From NCBI RefSeq assembly GCF_016432865.1, contig NC_067401.1, positions 88,722,001-88,786,000 of the forward strand: a stretch of 64,000 bases of DNA, written 5' to 3'. This DNA comes from Antechinus flavipes. Lineage: Eukaryota. The notes under the pieces are model-generated. The model was not told where the DNA came from. It was given only the letters and a program-made list of their open reading frames with translations, and made no database searches. Within the stretch, counting starts at the first letter, position 1. Each line of letters opens with the position of its first letter. Shown here piece by piece: positions 51,501 through 64,000 of the stretch. Position numbers and translations under genes: made by a program.

Positions 51501-54229
51501 GAAAGACTTCAAGTATGGGCCTGGCTACAAACTTTCTCATCCCAGAACCAGCCTAAATAACTTGGAAAAAGTTTTTGTAGCTGGCTTTCTTCAGTGTAAG
51601 TAGTCACCTACGAGTAGGAGATTTGGTGAGAAACTGACCCTGGACTTAAATTTTTCTCATACATTCTTCTTTACTAAGTGTTAAAAAGGCAATGTAGTAT
51701 TAGAGTGTTAGTCTGGGAATTAGGAAATGCCTGAGTAAATTAAAATGATTAAAATTAAAGTGTTATACTTGAGTACATCTCTAAGGCTCTATTAAAATCC
51801 TCTTCTACTAATGTTTTGGTATTTTTCTTGAGTATACATATATACTTTCTGCTGAAAAATATCAAAGGCATCTTACACATCTATGTACATGCATGAAGAC
51901 CAATATGCAAATTTGAAAGATAATCACCTTAGTTAAAAAGAAATTATACACACACATACGCATATATAGACACACATTTGTCTGTTTATGCATATATAAA
52001 GCATGTATCATTTGTCAGAGAAGTAGTCTGGAAATTTGCCTCCCAATTCCTTCTGAAAAGCATATCACTCTGATATATCTGTTTTGACTGATATCAATAA
52101 TCAGATGATATCAGAAAAGTTAGTTCTTTTGTTAAAAATCTTTCAATGAATCTTGAAAAGAGATACTTTGATGGAGAAGTGCCTTGAAGATAGTGTTTTG
52201 CTCAGTTAAATACAATTTTTAAGAATGAATATTCTATATTATTCTTATAACTGTCCTTTTCAGTCAGCTATGTAACTGTACATATATGGTCTTCTGTAGA
52301 ATAAATTTCTGGAAAGGCTAACTGTTCTGACAGATTCATCAAATGTGTCTTCCATGTATGAGTAGATTATTTTCATGAAAATATTGTGTAGATGGGAAAT
52401 TAGCACATAGACTTAACCGCTTTAAAAAAATAAGCATAAGGTCAAAGGATTCTTTGCCCCAGCCACTAATTCTATCAAGTAGTGGGTATTATCATAAAGA
52501 TATCATGAGTATCAATTGGTGATCTCAAAATAGTGTTGTTTCTTCAGTGTATATTTGAGGTAATTCAGCTATTCTGATTTTTATGGAACAAATCCGAGAC
52601 TCAGATGTTAGTTTACCAATGTGATGGTTTTATTGTCACTGATGAAGAAAAATTATTAGAAACTGTTTCTTCGCAGGATGACATGACTTATTTAGGCCTC
52701 TCAAAAATTTGAGAAAAATTAATCTATTTTCCATTCACTGCTTCTTGATGATATATGAAATAACACTACTTATTATCTTCCACAATTTTGTAAATAAGTT
52801 TAAATTTTAAACTAATACTGTTCGTAATTGCCATATATTTCTGCTTGGTGAAGATAGGATATTTTTGCTGACTAAGGTCATTTATAGTTATTTTGACTTT
52901 ATCATATGGCATCCTCATTTTTCAATAACTTCTTCATTGGTCTCCTTGTCTAATTCTCCTTCTTCATGAAATTGCTATACTGCAGATCCAACTCTTTCAC
53001 TCTCAAATTCAATAAACTCTAATTTCCCTGTTTCTCTTAAAATCAAATAAAATTCTTCTGCCTTAAAACTTGGCACAGTTTATCTTTGCAACTTAATGAT
53101 ATTTTACTCCTCTTCTCACATATTGTGTTCTAAATAGTCTAAACTTGCTTTTCCTTATGAATGATATCCCATTTCCCAGCTCTGTTCACAGTGGTTATCA
53201 CTAGTTCCTAGAATACTCTTTTCTAACCTCTACCTCAAAATCCAGTTCAATAAGTATAGTTCCAGGAAAAAGATGTGAGAAAAAACATCTCCCTATACTT
53301 CCTTCCCCACACACATAATTTAAACTATTTTGATGTATGGATTAGTTTTTTTCCCTCTTTTTTATGTTTAAATTACTGTATTTGGGGATTTTTGGAGAAG
53401 AGAAGAGGAAGAAACACTAGGGGAAAATTTGGTGATATAAGAAAACAAAAGTCATCAATAATTTTTTTAACTCTAGGAAAAAAACATGTTTAAGTACTAC
53501 TTTGTACATTAATTTTTTTCTTTTCCTCCCAACTCCCATTGTCTTTTCCCATGTTATTTTCAGTTTATTTTCTCTATATATTTTTACATACTTATATATG
53601 TACATAATGTCTCCTCCAATAGAATGTGAGAGTCTGGATTGTTTGCTTTTTTGTTTATTTTACTAGAACCTAGCATATGCCTGACACATAGCAGGTGCTT
53701 AAGTACATGCTTGTTGATTGATTCAGCTTCAGATGAAGTAGCATAGTATAATAGAAAGAGATTTAAACTGCCTTCCAGCCCTATTTCTGGCTCACACACT
53801 GGCTATGTGATCATAATTAAGTCATCTAACCTCTGTGTTCTCAGGAAGCTCTATAAGAATATTTGTAGTACAGCAGCATTGAATTGTTGAGATTCCTTTC
53901 TAGAGTTTAACCACACACACTGAAAAAAAAGTATCTACCAAGAAAAAAATAAACCCCACAAATTTCCTTAATAAATTTTAAAATAGTAAATATCTATTTT
54001 ATTACAACTATTTGAAATGTCTATAAAATATTTATTTTTGACCCAATTTTATTTCTGCAGCATTACCTTGCTTAAAATTGTTCAGTTGAAGTTTGAATCG
54101 ATAATATTCCATAAATTCTTACTTTTATTCTTTAATATAATTTGTTATTGCTCTTGAGCTTTGCTGTAACAAGTTGATGTTCTAATTATACACCATTATT
54201 TCCTTTTTTGTGATAATATAAGCAATCAA

Positions 54230-55250
54230 AATTTTCAACTATTTATTTATTTTGTTTTAATTTATAGAATAAAACAAGCATTTCTATAACAGTACAATGA
54301 GAAGACAATTGTATATGAAACTACAAATCTACACTATGCATAACTTGCTATACTTTTCAGACACAAAACAAAATTACCCTATAATTTTTTTCTTTCCCTA
54401 CTTTGCCTCCTCATCCCAAGATGGTACTCTTAGACAGAAATAGTCATATATGTAAAATTGTTCTATATATACTTCCATTTTTCAGTTCTTTCTCTGGATG
54501 TAGATATTGTCTTTCTTCATATGTCCTTTATAATAAATTTGAGTATTTTTAATAGTCAAAATAGCTGATCATTTCTTACAGCATAATAGTATTCCCTTAC
54601 AACCATATGTCAAAATTTGTTCAATCATTCCCTAATTTATGGATATTCCTGCAATTTCCAATTCTTTCCTACCATAACAAGAATTGCTATAAACCTTTTA
54701 GAATATATATGTTCTTTTCTTTCTCTCTTAATTATTTTCATAAATGGACTAACTAGTGGTATTGTTGGGTCCAAGGGTATAAGGAATTTAATGACTCTTT
54801 GGATATAATTTCATAATATTCTCTAAAATGGATCAATTCACAGTTCTACCAACAATAAATTAATGTCCCAATTTTTCCACATTCCCCCCAACATTTGTTA
54901 CTTTCCTCTTCTATAATTTTAGTAAATCTGATAGGTATAAAATGATATCTCAAGGTTTTAATTTTTCTCTAATCAATGATGATTTGGAGAATTTTATGTG
55001 ATTTTAAATTGTTTTGATTTCTTAATTGGAAAAATGCCTTACATTATCAATTGGGGAACAAATCTTATTCATAAATTTTAACAAATTCTTTATGTATTTT
55101 AGATATGAGACTTTTATCTGACAAATTGTCTACAAAAGTTAGATGTGCTACATATCCAGTGCTTCTTAATTTTTTCTTGAAAAATATATTCATTCAACAC
55201 ATATGGAGACCTGTAGGATATACTAGTCTTTCACTATTCATTCTTGAATT
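54230..55250 (-). mobile_element. Old LINE-1 3' fragment
   Basis: ATTTATAGAATAAAACAAGCATTTC 3' end, then CATTCCCTAATTTATGG...AAGAATTGCTATAAA...CCCCAACATTTG ORF2 motifs. Confidence 0.8.
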
Positions 55251-55548
55251 ATATTTTTTATCATATTTTCATTTCTTTAGCTATATTCATTAGTGTATGG
55301 AGATTGACTTATTAAAGTTTATATTTATTTAATTTGGATGTTCTTGAATTTACTTTCTTGTAGCATTTCCCTCCACACACACATAATTTAAACTATTTTT
55401 ATGTATGGATCAGTTTTGATTTTTTTTCTCTTTTTATGTTTAAATTACTGTATTTGGGGTTTTGGGGAGGAGAAGAGGAAGAAATAATCTTTTTAAGTCT
55501 TCTCATAAGCATTTGAAAATCCTTATGAGCCCTCCAATAGGAGATGAC

Positions 55549-56125
55549 TGTTAAGTTCAAAATGTTGGAGTTTGTTCTCAGAGGACAGCCGGTTTAGAGG
55601 CTTAGAGCCCTTCGGATGTCTCCAAATCCAAAGGTTCTGTCCTTCAGCCTCTGCCTCTGCCTTCTTCTGCCTCCAACAGAGATGGAAGATCTCTCTTATC
55701 TCCTTCTGGGGAGCCCAGCCACACTTGCTGCGGAGAGAGGGCTTCTGGCGTAGCTCCACTGAAGTCCGTCAAAAGTGTTCTCTGCAGCAGAGTCGTTTCT
55801 CTCGAGTCTAGCGCGATCAGCCAGCCAAGAGGAAAAAAGTGTGTCTTCTGGAATGGCTGCCTCGCCTTATATGTGAACCTTCTGAGAGAATGGGATTATG
55901 GGTTTTCTCCCATAGTGCTCTCTGGCCCAAAGAGCTTTTAAGGTGTGGCGTAGAAAGTGTACTTTTTGAAGCTAGCATACTTGTGGAGTCCAATGAGTAA
56001 AGGTGGGAACACAAGCCTTGTCTTGATTAGTTCTACTTAGTACCTTGTTTCAGGTTCTGGCCAAAACAACTTCTTGTAAGATTAGATCAACTCTAATTAC
56101 TTAGCAGTTAGTAAGGATTCCAACA
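55549..56125 (-). mobile_element. ERV solo LTR (577 bp) with 6-bp TSD
   Basis: TGTT...AACA termini flanked by GATGAC at 55543-55548 and 56126-56131. Minus-strand CATATAAG TATA box near 55866-55873. More CpG and GC than flanks. A 6-bp TSD is typical of class II (beta-like) integrases. Confidence 0.88.
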
Positions 56126-59100
56126 GATGACCATATATCTTGTGAAATTATTATTTTTGTTTTCTTTGGAAAAGTGATAAAATCTACTCTGCCAACCTCT
56201 TTGACACTTCAAGGAAAAGATATTTGTAATTTCCTCTTGCCTTCTGGTTTTGCTTATAGGATGAAATTCAAGATGGACATGATTCTTGTAGTAAATTATA
56301 TGTCCCCATGTTAGCATTTGGACAAGGATCTCCTATTTATTATACTAATTATTTCATTAATATTTCTAGATGGCTTAAAATTGTGATTCTTAGCATCCTC
56401 TGGCCCCCTTTCTGCTTTAATATTTTCATTGGTATAATATCTTATAGTTTTCCAAGTGCTTAAATATGTAGAAAGTGAAAGGGATCTGATAATGAACCTT
56501 AACATATTTAGACTGATCCTTAGAAATTAGTCTGAAACTAGAATTCTACCCTTGCCAGTGCTTAACTGAAAATCACAGTTTACAATTCTCCTGGCTTAAT
56601 TTTTGAGAATATAGTCATTTCTATATTGTAATGAAGTATGAAAGTAGGAATTTGTGGATTAGCTTTATTATATAGTATCACCTAATTAATTTATTAATCC
56701 TGTAAATAAAAAGAGAGGGATGAGGTGGACATAAGGGTAGAGAAGATGAATCAGGAGTTGTTCTTGATTTATCTATCCTGGTTCCTTAGATCACTGCATC
56801 CTTTTTATAAATGTTCATGAACCATCTCTGTTGTTCTAAAATTTTCTCACTATTTAAATCAAGCTGAGAGTTTTCATATACCATTCTCTTTCTCTTTAAA
56901 AAAGTCATAAAAATGAAAATAAAAATTCAAATAAATTTTAAAAAACCATATAAATATTTACTCTTCTTCATTCCTGAAGTTCATCTCTTGTTTTACATAA
57001 TATTTGAGTATTATAGAAAATTGATTTAGCTGTTATACCTTTTTTCAATAACAAAGGATGAGGGCTTTTCAGTTTTTGTTCCATCCTCTTATATATCCAA
57101 AAGAAACAAACCAAATCAACAAATACATCTTTTTTTTTTTTTTTTGAATTGCTAGTCATTAGTTGTTGACACTATTCCTACAGAAATATGCTCTGTTATC
57201 AGCTCTTGCTTTTATCTTCTGCCTGTCCAGTTCATTGTTCATCTACATTGTTCTCTTAAGAAAACTGTCACTTTTGCTCCTCATAAGAAATGCCCTCTTT
57301 TGTGTCTTTAGCGTTTAATTCTTTAGTGTTTCTTATTTCTTTCCCAGTTGACTTTCCCTATAGAATACTAGTCTATGTGATCCTCAACTTTCCTTCCTCT
57401 GAAACCTTTGAAATCTATTCTTCCTAAAACTAAGGTTAGGGACCAGTTAACTAAATTCTTATTCTAGTATCTGGAACTCTCTTAAACCCCATTCTGCTAA
57501 TAACCTTGAGGAATTGAATTTTCCTTAATACTGTCACTGATTAGTCTTTACCAGTATACTTCCCATTGATAACTAGTCAATTAGACTTAATTAGCTTTTA
57601 GAAAATTTTAGGAAAAAATCTATTTTATTGAGGTGATATAGTTTTAAAAACTAGTTGGGTCAAAACATCCCCCAAATTGGGAGCATACTTTTCATAAATA
57701 AATACAAAATGTAGGCTGGGGGAGGGGGAGATGGCATCAAAGTTAGAATATACATGTCGCAAAGTAGTAACTCAGTTTTTGGAGAGATGTAAGTTGTTTC
57801 TCCTTCCTGAAATCTTTAGAAAGTTTCCTTTAGGTATAACCAACTTTTGGCCTCCTTTTCAAGTTCTGAAACTATTTTTCTTCAGTGTTTCTAATTCAAT
57901 CTTGGCTTCCAATGCAGATACTGCTATTAAGCACTATTTGTTCAGAGAACCCTGTTCTAGGGTTCTACTGGAAGTCCAGATCTTCAAATCCTGAAGTTCA
58001 CAGTTATCCTTTAGTTAAGGGAAGAAACTCTTTCTCCTCCTCTAACTCTTTTTTATTCTCCTTTTTTTTTTCTCTTCTTGAATTTCTTCCTTCTCTTTCT
58101 CTTCCAGGTGATTTCTTCTTAAGCTCTTGGCTAAAATTGCTCCACCCCAAATTTAGCCTCATAGAATGATGTGGGGAAGATATTTTACATTTTAATGTGC
58201 TTTTTTTTTAAAAAAAAAATGAGTTGTTATTGTTTATTGGGCTCATCTACCAGACTAGTAACCCTCATTCTTATGGTCTGTAAAGAACTCAAAGGCATTT
58301 AAAAACACTATATACTTAGAGTCTCATCTTACGGTGGGATAAAGTTTCAATATGGAGAAATGAGATGACTTTTGTCATGAGTGGCAGTGCAAAAAGTTTC
58401 CAGAGAGAAAGATATTCTTCCCATTAGACAAATTTGCCTCTAAAAAGTCTTTTTATGTTCTGTTCTAGCCAAGAATTAGATGGTATTATATCCATTCATT
58501 TAATGCAAACATTTGTTAAACCAATTGCCTTTTTAAATGGAAATTGTTAAAAATGTGATTCAATACATGAAAAAGACAAATAGATTTAATAGCTACATTC
58601 AAACTTTGACTCCTATTTTTTTACAGGAAAAGTAAGAGCTTCATAGACTGCATTTTCAGGGATATCTTAGGTATGAAAAGATAGCTTAATGTGAGGGAAA
58701 TGAGGCAATTTGATGAGAGAGCTGCTAAAATTTTTTTTAATCCCTAAAACAAATCCCATCAATCTGAAAATATTTATTTTTAGTTCAAGAAGCTAGGAAT
58801 TAGTTTGGCTCTCTTGCTTGCTACCTTGCTTCATGACAGCTTTCATCACTTAGTAATTATAGAAAATACTCTAAGCCAAGTGGCACACAGAGACCCCTGC
58901 AGTTAATGTAAGTTTAATACCAAGGTTCTATGAGGAAGCAACTTTATTGCCATGCCTGGGGTTTCACAGAGATTGTAGGCAGGGATACAATCCAAATGTT
59001 CTGTTGGTTGCTGTGGTAATTGGTTTAAACTGGTATCACTCAGGAGTTAGACAACTTTAGTCCATCTGGATACACCAGAAATCACTTGAAATCACCCATA

Positions 59101-59649
59101 TGTGACTTTAGATTTATTTGTAGATGTTGCTTTCATTAAAGAAAAGCTAATCTTTTTATGTAGCATACCAATTGCTTGGGATACCTTATTATTTTGAATA
59201 GAAAGAATTCATCCATCATATTCAGGCAAATAACAAAGAAACAAGCAGTTTCTAATTTTCTCCTAGAGATCATACATAGAATAGGAGGAATGTTGTGGTC
59301 ATTTGCAACCTGTTCTAATTTTCAAACACAGTGTGATATTCTGGGAAGTCATTGTCAGAGCAGTTATCCACACCTTCTGGAAACTTAGGTTTTTCAAGAA
59401 GCCTGTAGTATCATTTAAATTTTACAGAAAGTAGTTAATAGTACACATTGGAGAAAATGATAATATATACTTTTGAATTACAATCAATTTTCTTGTTTAT
59501 TTCTCCCTGTAATTAATTGAACTTTTTCTTTAAGAATTTAGATCCTAAACTATTTGGTAAATATATATTTAATACTGATATTTATTCTTTTTCTATGATG
59601 ATAATAGTGGTGGTGTTTTTTTCAGACATTTCAATTATATCTGACTATG

Positions 59650-59850
59650 ACTTCATTTTAGAGTTTTCTTGGTGAAGATTCTGGAGTAGTTTGCCATTTC
59701 TCTATCGAGTCTTTTTACAGTTGAGGAACTGAGGCAAACAAGTTTAAGTGACTTGCCTGGGGTCATGCAGCTAGTATGTCTCTGAATCCATGAAGATGTG
59801 TCTTCCTGATTCCAAGCCCAGTGCTCTATATATTACACTTCCTAGCTGCC
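59650..59850 (-). mobile_element. MAR1-like SINE
   Basis: GGAGTAGTTTGCCATTTC (RTE-derived tail) plus core GAGGAACTGAGGCAAAC..AAGTGACTTGCC and head end CCTAGCTGCC. Confidence 0.75.
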
Positions 59851-62400
59851 ATGATTTTTTATGGTACCTTTCAGCAAAATGTAGTTTCCTTATTTATCTT
59901 TATCAATTATTTTCCTCTCTGATGTTGCTTTTCTAAGGTTATGATTGCTACTTCTTCCTTTATATATTTTTTTCACTTCACATGAAGCATAATAGATTTT
60001 AATCCAGTTCCTTATTTTAACTTTTTGCATCTTTCTGCTTCAAGTGTTTCAGAGATACATCAAATTGTTTGTTTTTGAATTTATTCTGCTGTTCTTTTCT
60101 GTTTTATGCTTGAGTTCATTCCATTCAAATTCAGTTATGATCTGTACATTTCCCTCCTTTGTATTCTCAAATTCTTTTCTTTCTCATTTTAAACCCCTCT
60201 TTATAAAGTAGAAAGGGGGTGATGAGAGAGGAGTGAACTCAGCATCAGTTCCCTAGATTTGGTGTAATATACACCTGTTTTCTTGCCTTATTTCTGTTTC
60301 ATTCATGCAGAGTACAATAATATATTCTTACCCTTTTTTCCCCTTTTAAGACCTTTGAGATCCACTCTCCTCAATTAGAATTTGTTTTGCTTAAGACTCC
60401 CTCTGATTCCTTCCTTCCCTTTCTCTCTTCTTCTCTCTATTCCTGTTGAGTGAAATATATTTCTCTACATAACTTTATATGTGTATTCTTTCTTCCTTTG
60501 ACCACTTAAATATTTCAGATGAGAGTGAGATTTAAGGATCACTTGCTTCACTCATTTTTTCATTTCATTTATATAGACTTTTTTATATATGAAAACTTCC
60601 CCTATTCTTTTCTTCTCTCTTTGCTCCAAATATATTCCTTGACCTCTTCTTTTCCATTCTTCTTTTAAAATCATCGAAACAAAACCAAATCATCTCCAGG
60701 TTTTCTATCTCTCTATTCATTCCATGGTCCCTAATGATGACAGAGTTTCTAAGGTGATATATATTTCATCTCTCTATATTACAGTGAAAACATCATTGTT
60801 TAACTATTTGTGATTGTTCACTCAAAATCAACTTTTTTGTTTTTGACTCCTGTCAAGAACTATGACTTGTATATCAAAATGTTTACTCAGTTCTGATATT
60901 ATTATCAGGATTGTTTAGAAGTTATTAAACATTCCTCTCCCCACCCCCACCCCCTACCCCCAGCAGTTGGATTATATTTAGTTTTGCTAAGGTTATTCCT
61001 GATTATAATTCTATATCTTTTGCCTTCTGGAATATTGTATTCCAAATTCTCTACTACTTTGTAGTGGTGAGTGCTAAATCTTGTGTGATCCTAACTGGTT
61101 TCTCAGCACTTGCAGTTTTTTTTATTTAACCTAGAATTTCTGGATTTTTGCTGTAATATTCTTGAGTTTTCACTTAAAGGCTTTTTTTAAAAAAGGAAAC
61201 CATTGGTAGGTTCTATTTCTACTTTGCCCTTTGTTTCTAAGATATCTGGGAACTTTTAAAATTTCTTGAAATGTGATACGTATGCTCTTTTTTTAAGTCA
61301 TGGCTTTCAAATAGTCCAGTGATTTTTTAAATTATCTCGATCTTTGATCATTTTTTTCCAGGTCAGCTGTTTTGCTATGATACTCCTTATATTTTCTTCC
61401 CTTATTTTTCTTTTCAGTATTTTGACCCTTTTTTTTTTTTCATTTAATGTTTCTTGTCTCATAGAGTCATTAGCTTTTATTTGGTCAATTCAAATTTTTA
61501 ATGAGTTTTTTTTTTTTTTCAGAAAGACTTCATGATTCTTCTTCCAAGGTGTTATTCTCTTTCCAATTTTTTTTTCCATTGCTCTAATTTAAATTTTTTT
61601 TTCTAATGTCCTCATTTTAAAAAAAGAATTTTAGTCCTCATTTTAAATTAAACTCTAGCTTTATTTCCTTTGTGAATTTTAGTTGGATTTGTGCCCAAGC
61701 TAATATTTTTGGCTTTGCTTGGAGATATTTTCCCCCTTTTCATATGGATTTCTGAATTGAAAATCTTTATCACCATAATAGTTCTTTATAGTAGGATTCT
61801 TGTTTTTGTTGTTATTTGCTCATAAATTCCTAAATTCAGATTTTATGTTAGGGACAAGTTCCCTAACAAGGAAGAACCTCTGTTTTGAGCTTTTGTCTTC
61901 CTGGGTCCCTCAGCATTCTCAGGTTATTGAATGTTGTCTTACTCTTGGAGCTTGGGGAAACCTCATATTGGGGTCCTGAAAGCTTTTAGAAATCCCAAAG
62001 TGGTTCTGATTCAGGGCAAACTTTGCTCACTATTCTCCTGACTTGAACTTTACAAGTTCTGACCTGGTTTTGGGTCTTTACAACAGTCCTCTTGGCTTAT
62101 TCCAAATAAGTTTCATTAGACTTCTGCTGGATTTGGCCAGTATCAACCAGCTAGAAGGTTCTTTAGGTTCTAAGTGAGATAACTGCTGGTTCTCCTTTAG
62201 TGTGAGGATCTTGCCCTGATTTTGTAGGCTTCACAATGGTTTGGAGACTGGAACTGAGATCCTTTTATTGTGCTTAGAGTGAGAAATACACAACTGCTTT
62301 TTGCTTCTGAATTTATTCCTTCTTTAATATATAGGCTATGATTGTTCCTCAACCTTGAATGTCTCCCATAAACACAATACGCTCCTTAGTAACTTTGTGT
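59850..62400 (-). mobile_element. Old LINE-1 (ORF2 start, ORF1, 5' region), degenerate
   Basis: Antisense motifs GAGTTCATTCCATTCA, TGCCTTCTGGAATATTGTATTCCAA, AAATCTTGTGTGATCCTAACT and TCTAAGATATCTGGG. Confidence 0.7.
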
Positions 62401-62867
62401 CTGAGTTAGAACTCAATAGCAAATGACTTCCAGTAGACAATTATTTCTAAAATCTAAACAAAGTGCATGTTCTTCTTCCCTTTCCCACCTTATTTTCAAT
62501 GTCTAGAATGTCTTTTTTTGCCCTGGTACACAGCCTCAGAACTCTCTCATTTCCTATCTGCTGGATTGCTCTGCATGGCATATCCCTGGACAGAACGTAT
62601 CACCATTGTCCACAGACTTACCCATTTGTCTCCCCTTTGCTGAACTTTACTGGAAATGTGACTCTGTGATGTTTTCCTCCCTTGTGTTTCCTGATGAGAA
62701 TTCAGTCTGGTGCATTTTCTTGAACTTTATAAAGGAGTTGTGTTTGGGGATCATGGCTATATTTTTGCAGTTCCACCATTTTGGCTCTACTTCTGAATAT
62801 CATTCAATATCAAATGATGTTTCACAGAATTACAGTGATGTAGTATAGCAAATAATAGTTTTCTCAT

Positions 62868-62870
<3 letters not shown>

Positions 62871-62908
<38 letters not shown>

Positions 62909-62915
62909 TGTGTGT
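62871..62915. repeat. (TG)n microsatellite
   Basis: Direct reading. Confidence 0.95.
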
Positions 62916-63013
62916 GCTTACAACCTCTCTATTTTTCCTGAGAGAATGCATGCTTCTTGAGGACAAAGTTATCCTTTTGTCTTTCTTTGCACCCCCTCAG
63001 TACCTAAAATAGA

Positions 63014-63150
63014 ATTGTTGTTGAATCATTTCAATCATTTCCAACTCTTGGCGACTCCATTTGGGATCTTTTTTGGCAAAGATACTAGAGTGGTTTGCCA
63101 TTTCCTTTTCCAGCTTATTTTACAGATGAGGAAATTGAGGCAAATAGGAT
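63014..63150 (-). mobile_element. MAR1-like SINE 3' half
   Basis: TTGGCAAAGATACTAGAGTGGTTTGCCATTTCC...TTTTACAGATGAGGAAATTGAGGCAAATAGG. Confidence 0.8.
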
Positions 63151-64000
63151 ACTCCTATTCAATGTACCACTTAGCTTCTCTTAGCATCGAATATGCACTG
63201 CTTAAAAAGGACTTAATAAATATTTTATCTATCTATTTGCATAATTTGAAAATGTAAGGATATAATATTGAGCTTGGGGTTGAATAGAGGTAAAGAAAAC
63301 ACAAGTTCAAACCCATTTTGACAGTATTTATATCACTCTGCATAAGTCATTTAATCTTTATGTGGCAGCCCCCACATAAAGGATGGTGAAGCCCTCCACA
63401 CTGAAGAAAAAAAAAAACTATCCTTATGTTTTCAAATCATACATTTCAGATATGTTTGTATTTCATGTGCATCCATAATAAATAGCACCTGGAGATGTAA
63501 TTATCTATTACAAATATCTGCATATAAGAATAAATCTACACAAATCTTGTTATTTTGGAATATGTCAAGGAATTTGTGGATAAACAATTAAACATATTTT
63601 GTACAAGAAGTTGAAAAAGAAGAAAAATCCCACAGCTCTTCATAGTACAGCCTTGGCTTTGATAAGAGAGAGATCTCCACAGGAAGGAGGAATGCAGTTT
63701 TTTTTTTTTTTCTCTTCTTTTGCTCTTTCTCTTTGCTCTTCCTCCTTTAGCTCTAGTATCAGCTAAAAATAAACAAATGAGCAGTGCCTCTTCATCTTCC
63801 CACACTATGCAAAAGCTGTTTCAGTGGTAAGAGAAACTGCCTTCCCCCACCATCAGTCACCCCCTTTCCTCTTTCTCATATTTACAATCACACTTCTGGT
63901 CTATAGTGACCCAGGAGTGCTTGGAAGTTGTGAGCTTACCCTATATCAAATAAAATTGAGAGAGAGGTATGCAGTTACTGTGCCTGGAATCAGAATTGAG

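Larger units (their letters stand above)
12148..64000 (+). other. RGS7: RGS7 intron 2 (partial)
   Basis: I did not find the expected next exon (MEDVIARMQDEK...) in the window. Most L1 fragments are antisense to +, as expected inside a + strand gene. Human intron 2 is very long, from memory. Confidence 0.85.

Noticed and set aside
58621-58637. TTACAG|GAAAA|GTAAGA 5-nt microexon-like motif
   Set aside because: Short pyrimidine tract; such matches are expected by chance in 50 kb of AT-rich intron, and there is no other support.
1-64000. tRNA, rRNA, CRISPR array, or a prokaryote-style multi-gene system
   Set aside because: None seen. tRNA-like heads belong to SINEs, and the window is a mammalian gene 5' end plus intron.

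Overview
AT-rich, repeat-dense marsupial genomic DNA. The WSINE1, MAR1-type SINE, marsupial RTE and L1 3' end style suggest a dasyurid such as the Tasmanian devil; this is inferred from repeat families recalled from memory. The window holds the 5' end of RGS7 (regulator of G-protein signalling 7) on the + strand. A CpG-rich promoter with a non-coding exon 1 lies at about 10.3-10.9 kb, and intron 1 carries a near-consensus RE1/NRSE. Exon 2 (12020-12147) encodes MAQGNNYGQSSNGVADESPNMLVYRK and is too short for the ORF track. The remaining ~52 kb is the start of the long intron 2. Everything else is LINEs (L1, L2, CR1/L3, RTE), SINEs, a solo LTR, microsatellites and two N gaps. I did not find a new multi-gene system. 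The strongest oddities are: (1) a ~670 bp RTE cassette in circularly permuted order with 9-bp terminal direct repeats and a 35-bp fold-back, whose loop was later hit by an L1; (2) a perfect 30-bp inverted repeat at 44.6 kb; (3) a 16-nt frameshifting microexon candidate 2.6 kb into intron 2; (4) a candidate neuronal enhancer at 36.2-36.6 kb. Repeat family names and boundaries are by eye and approximate unless a TSD is given.
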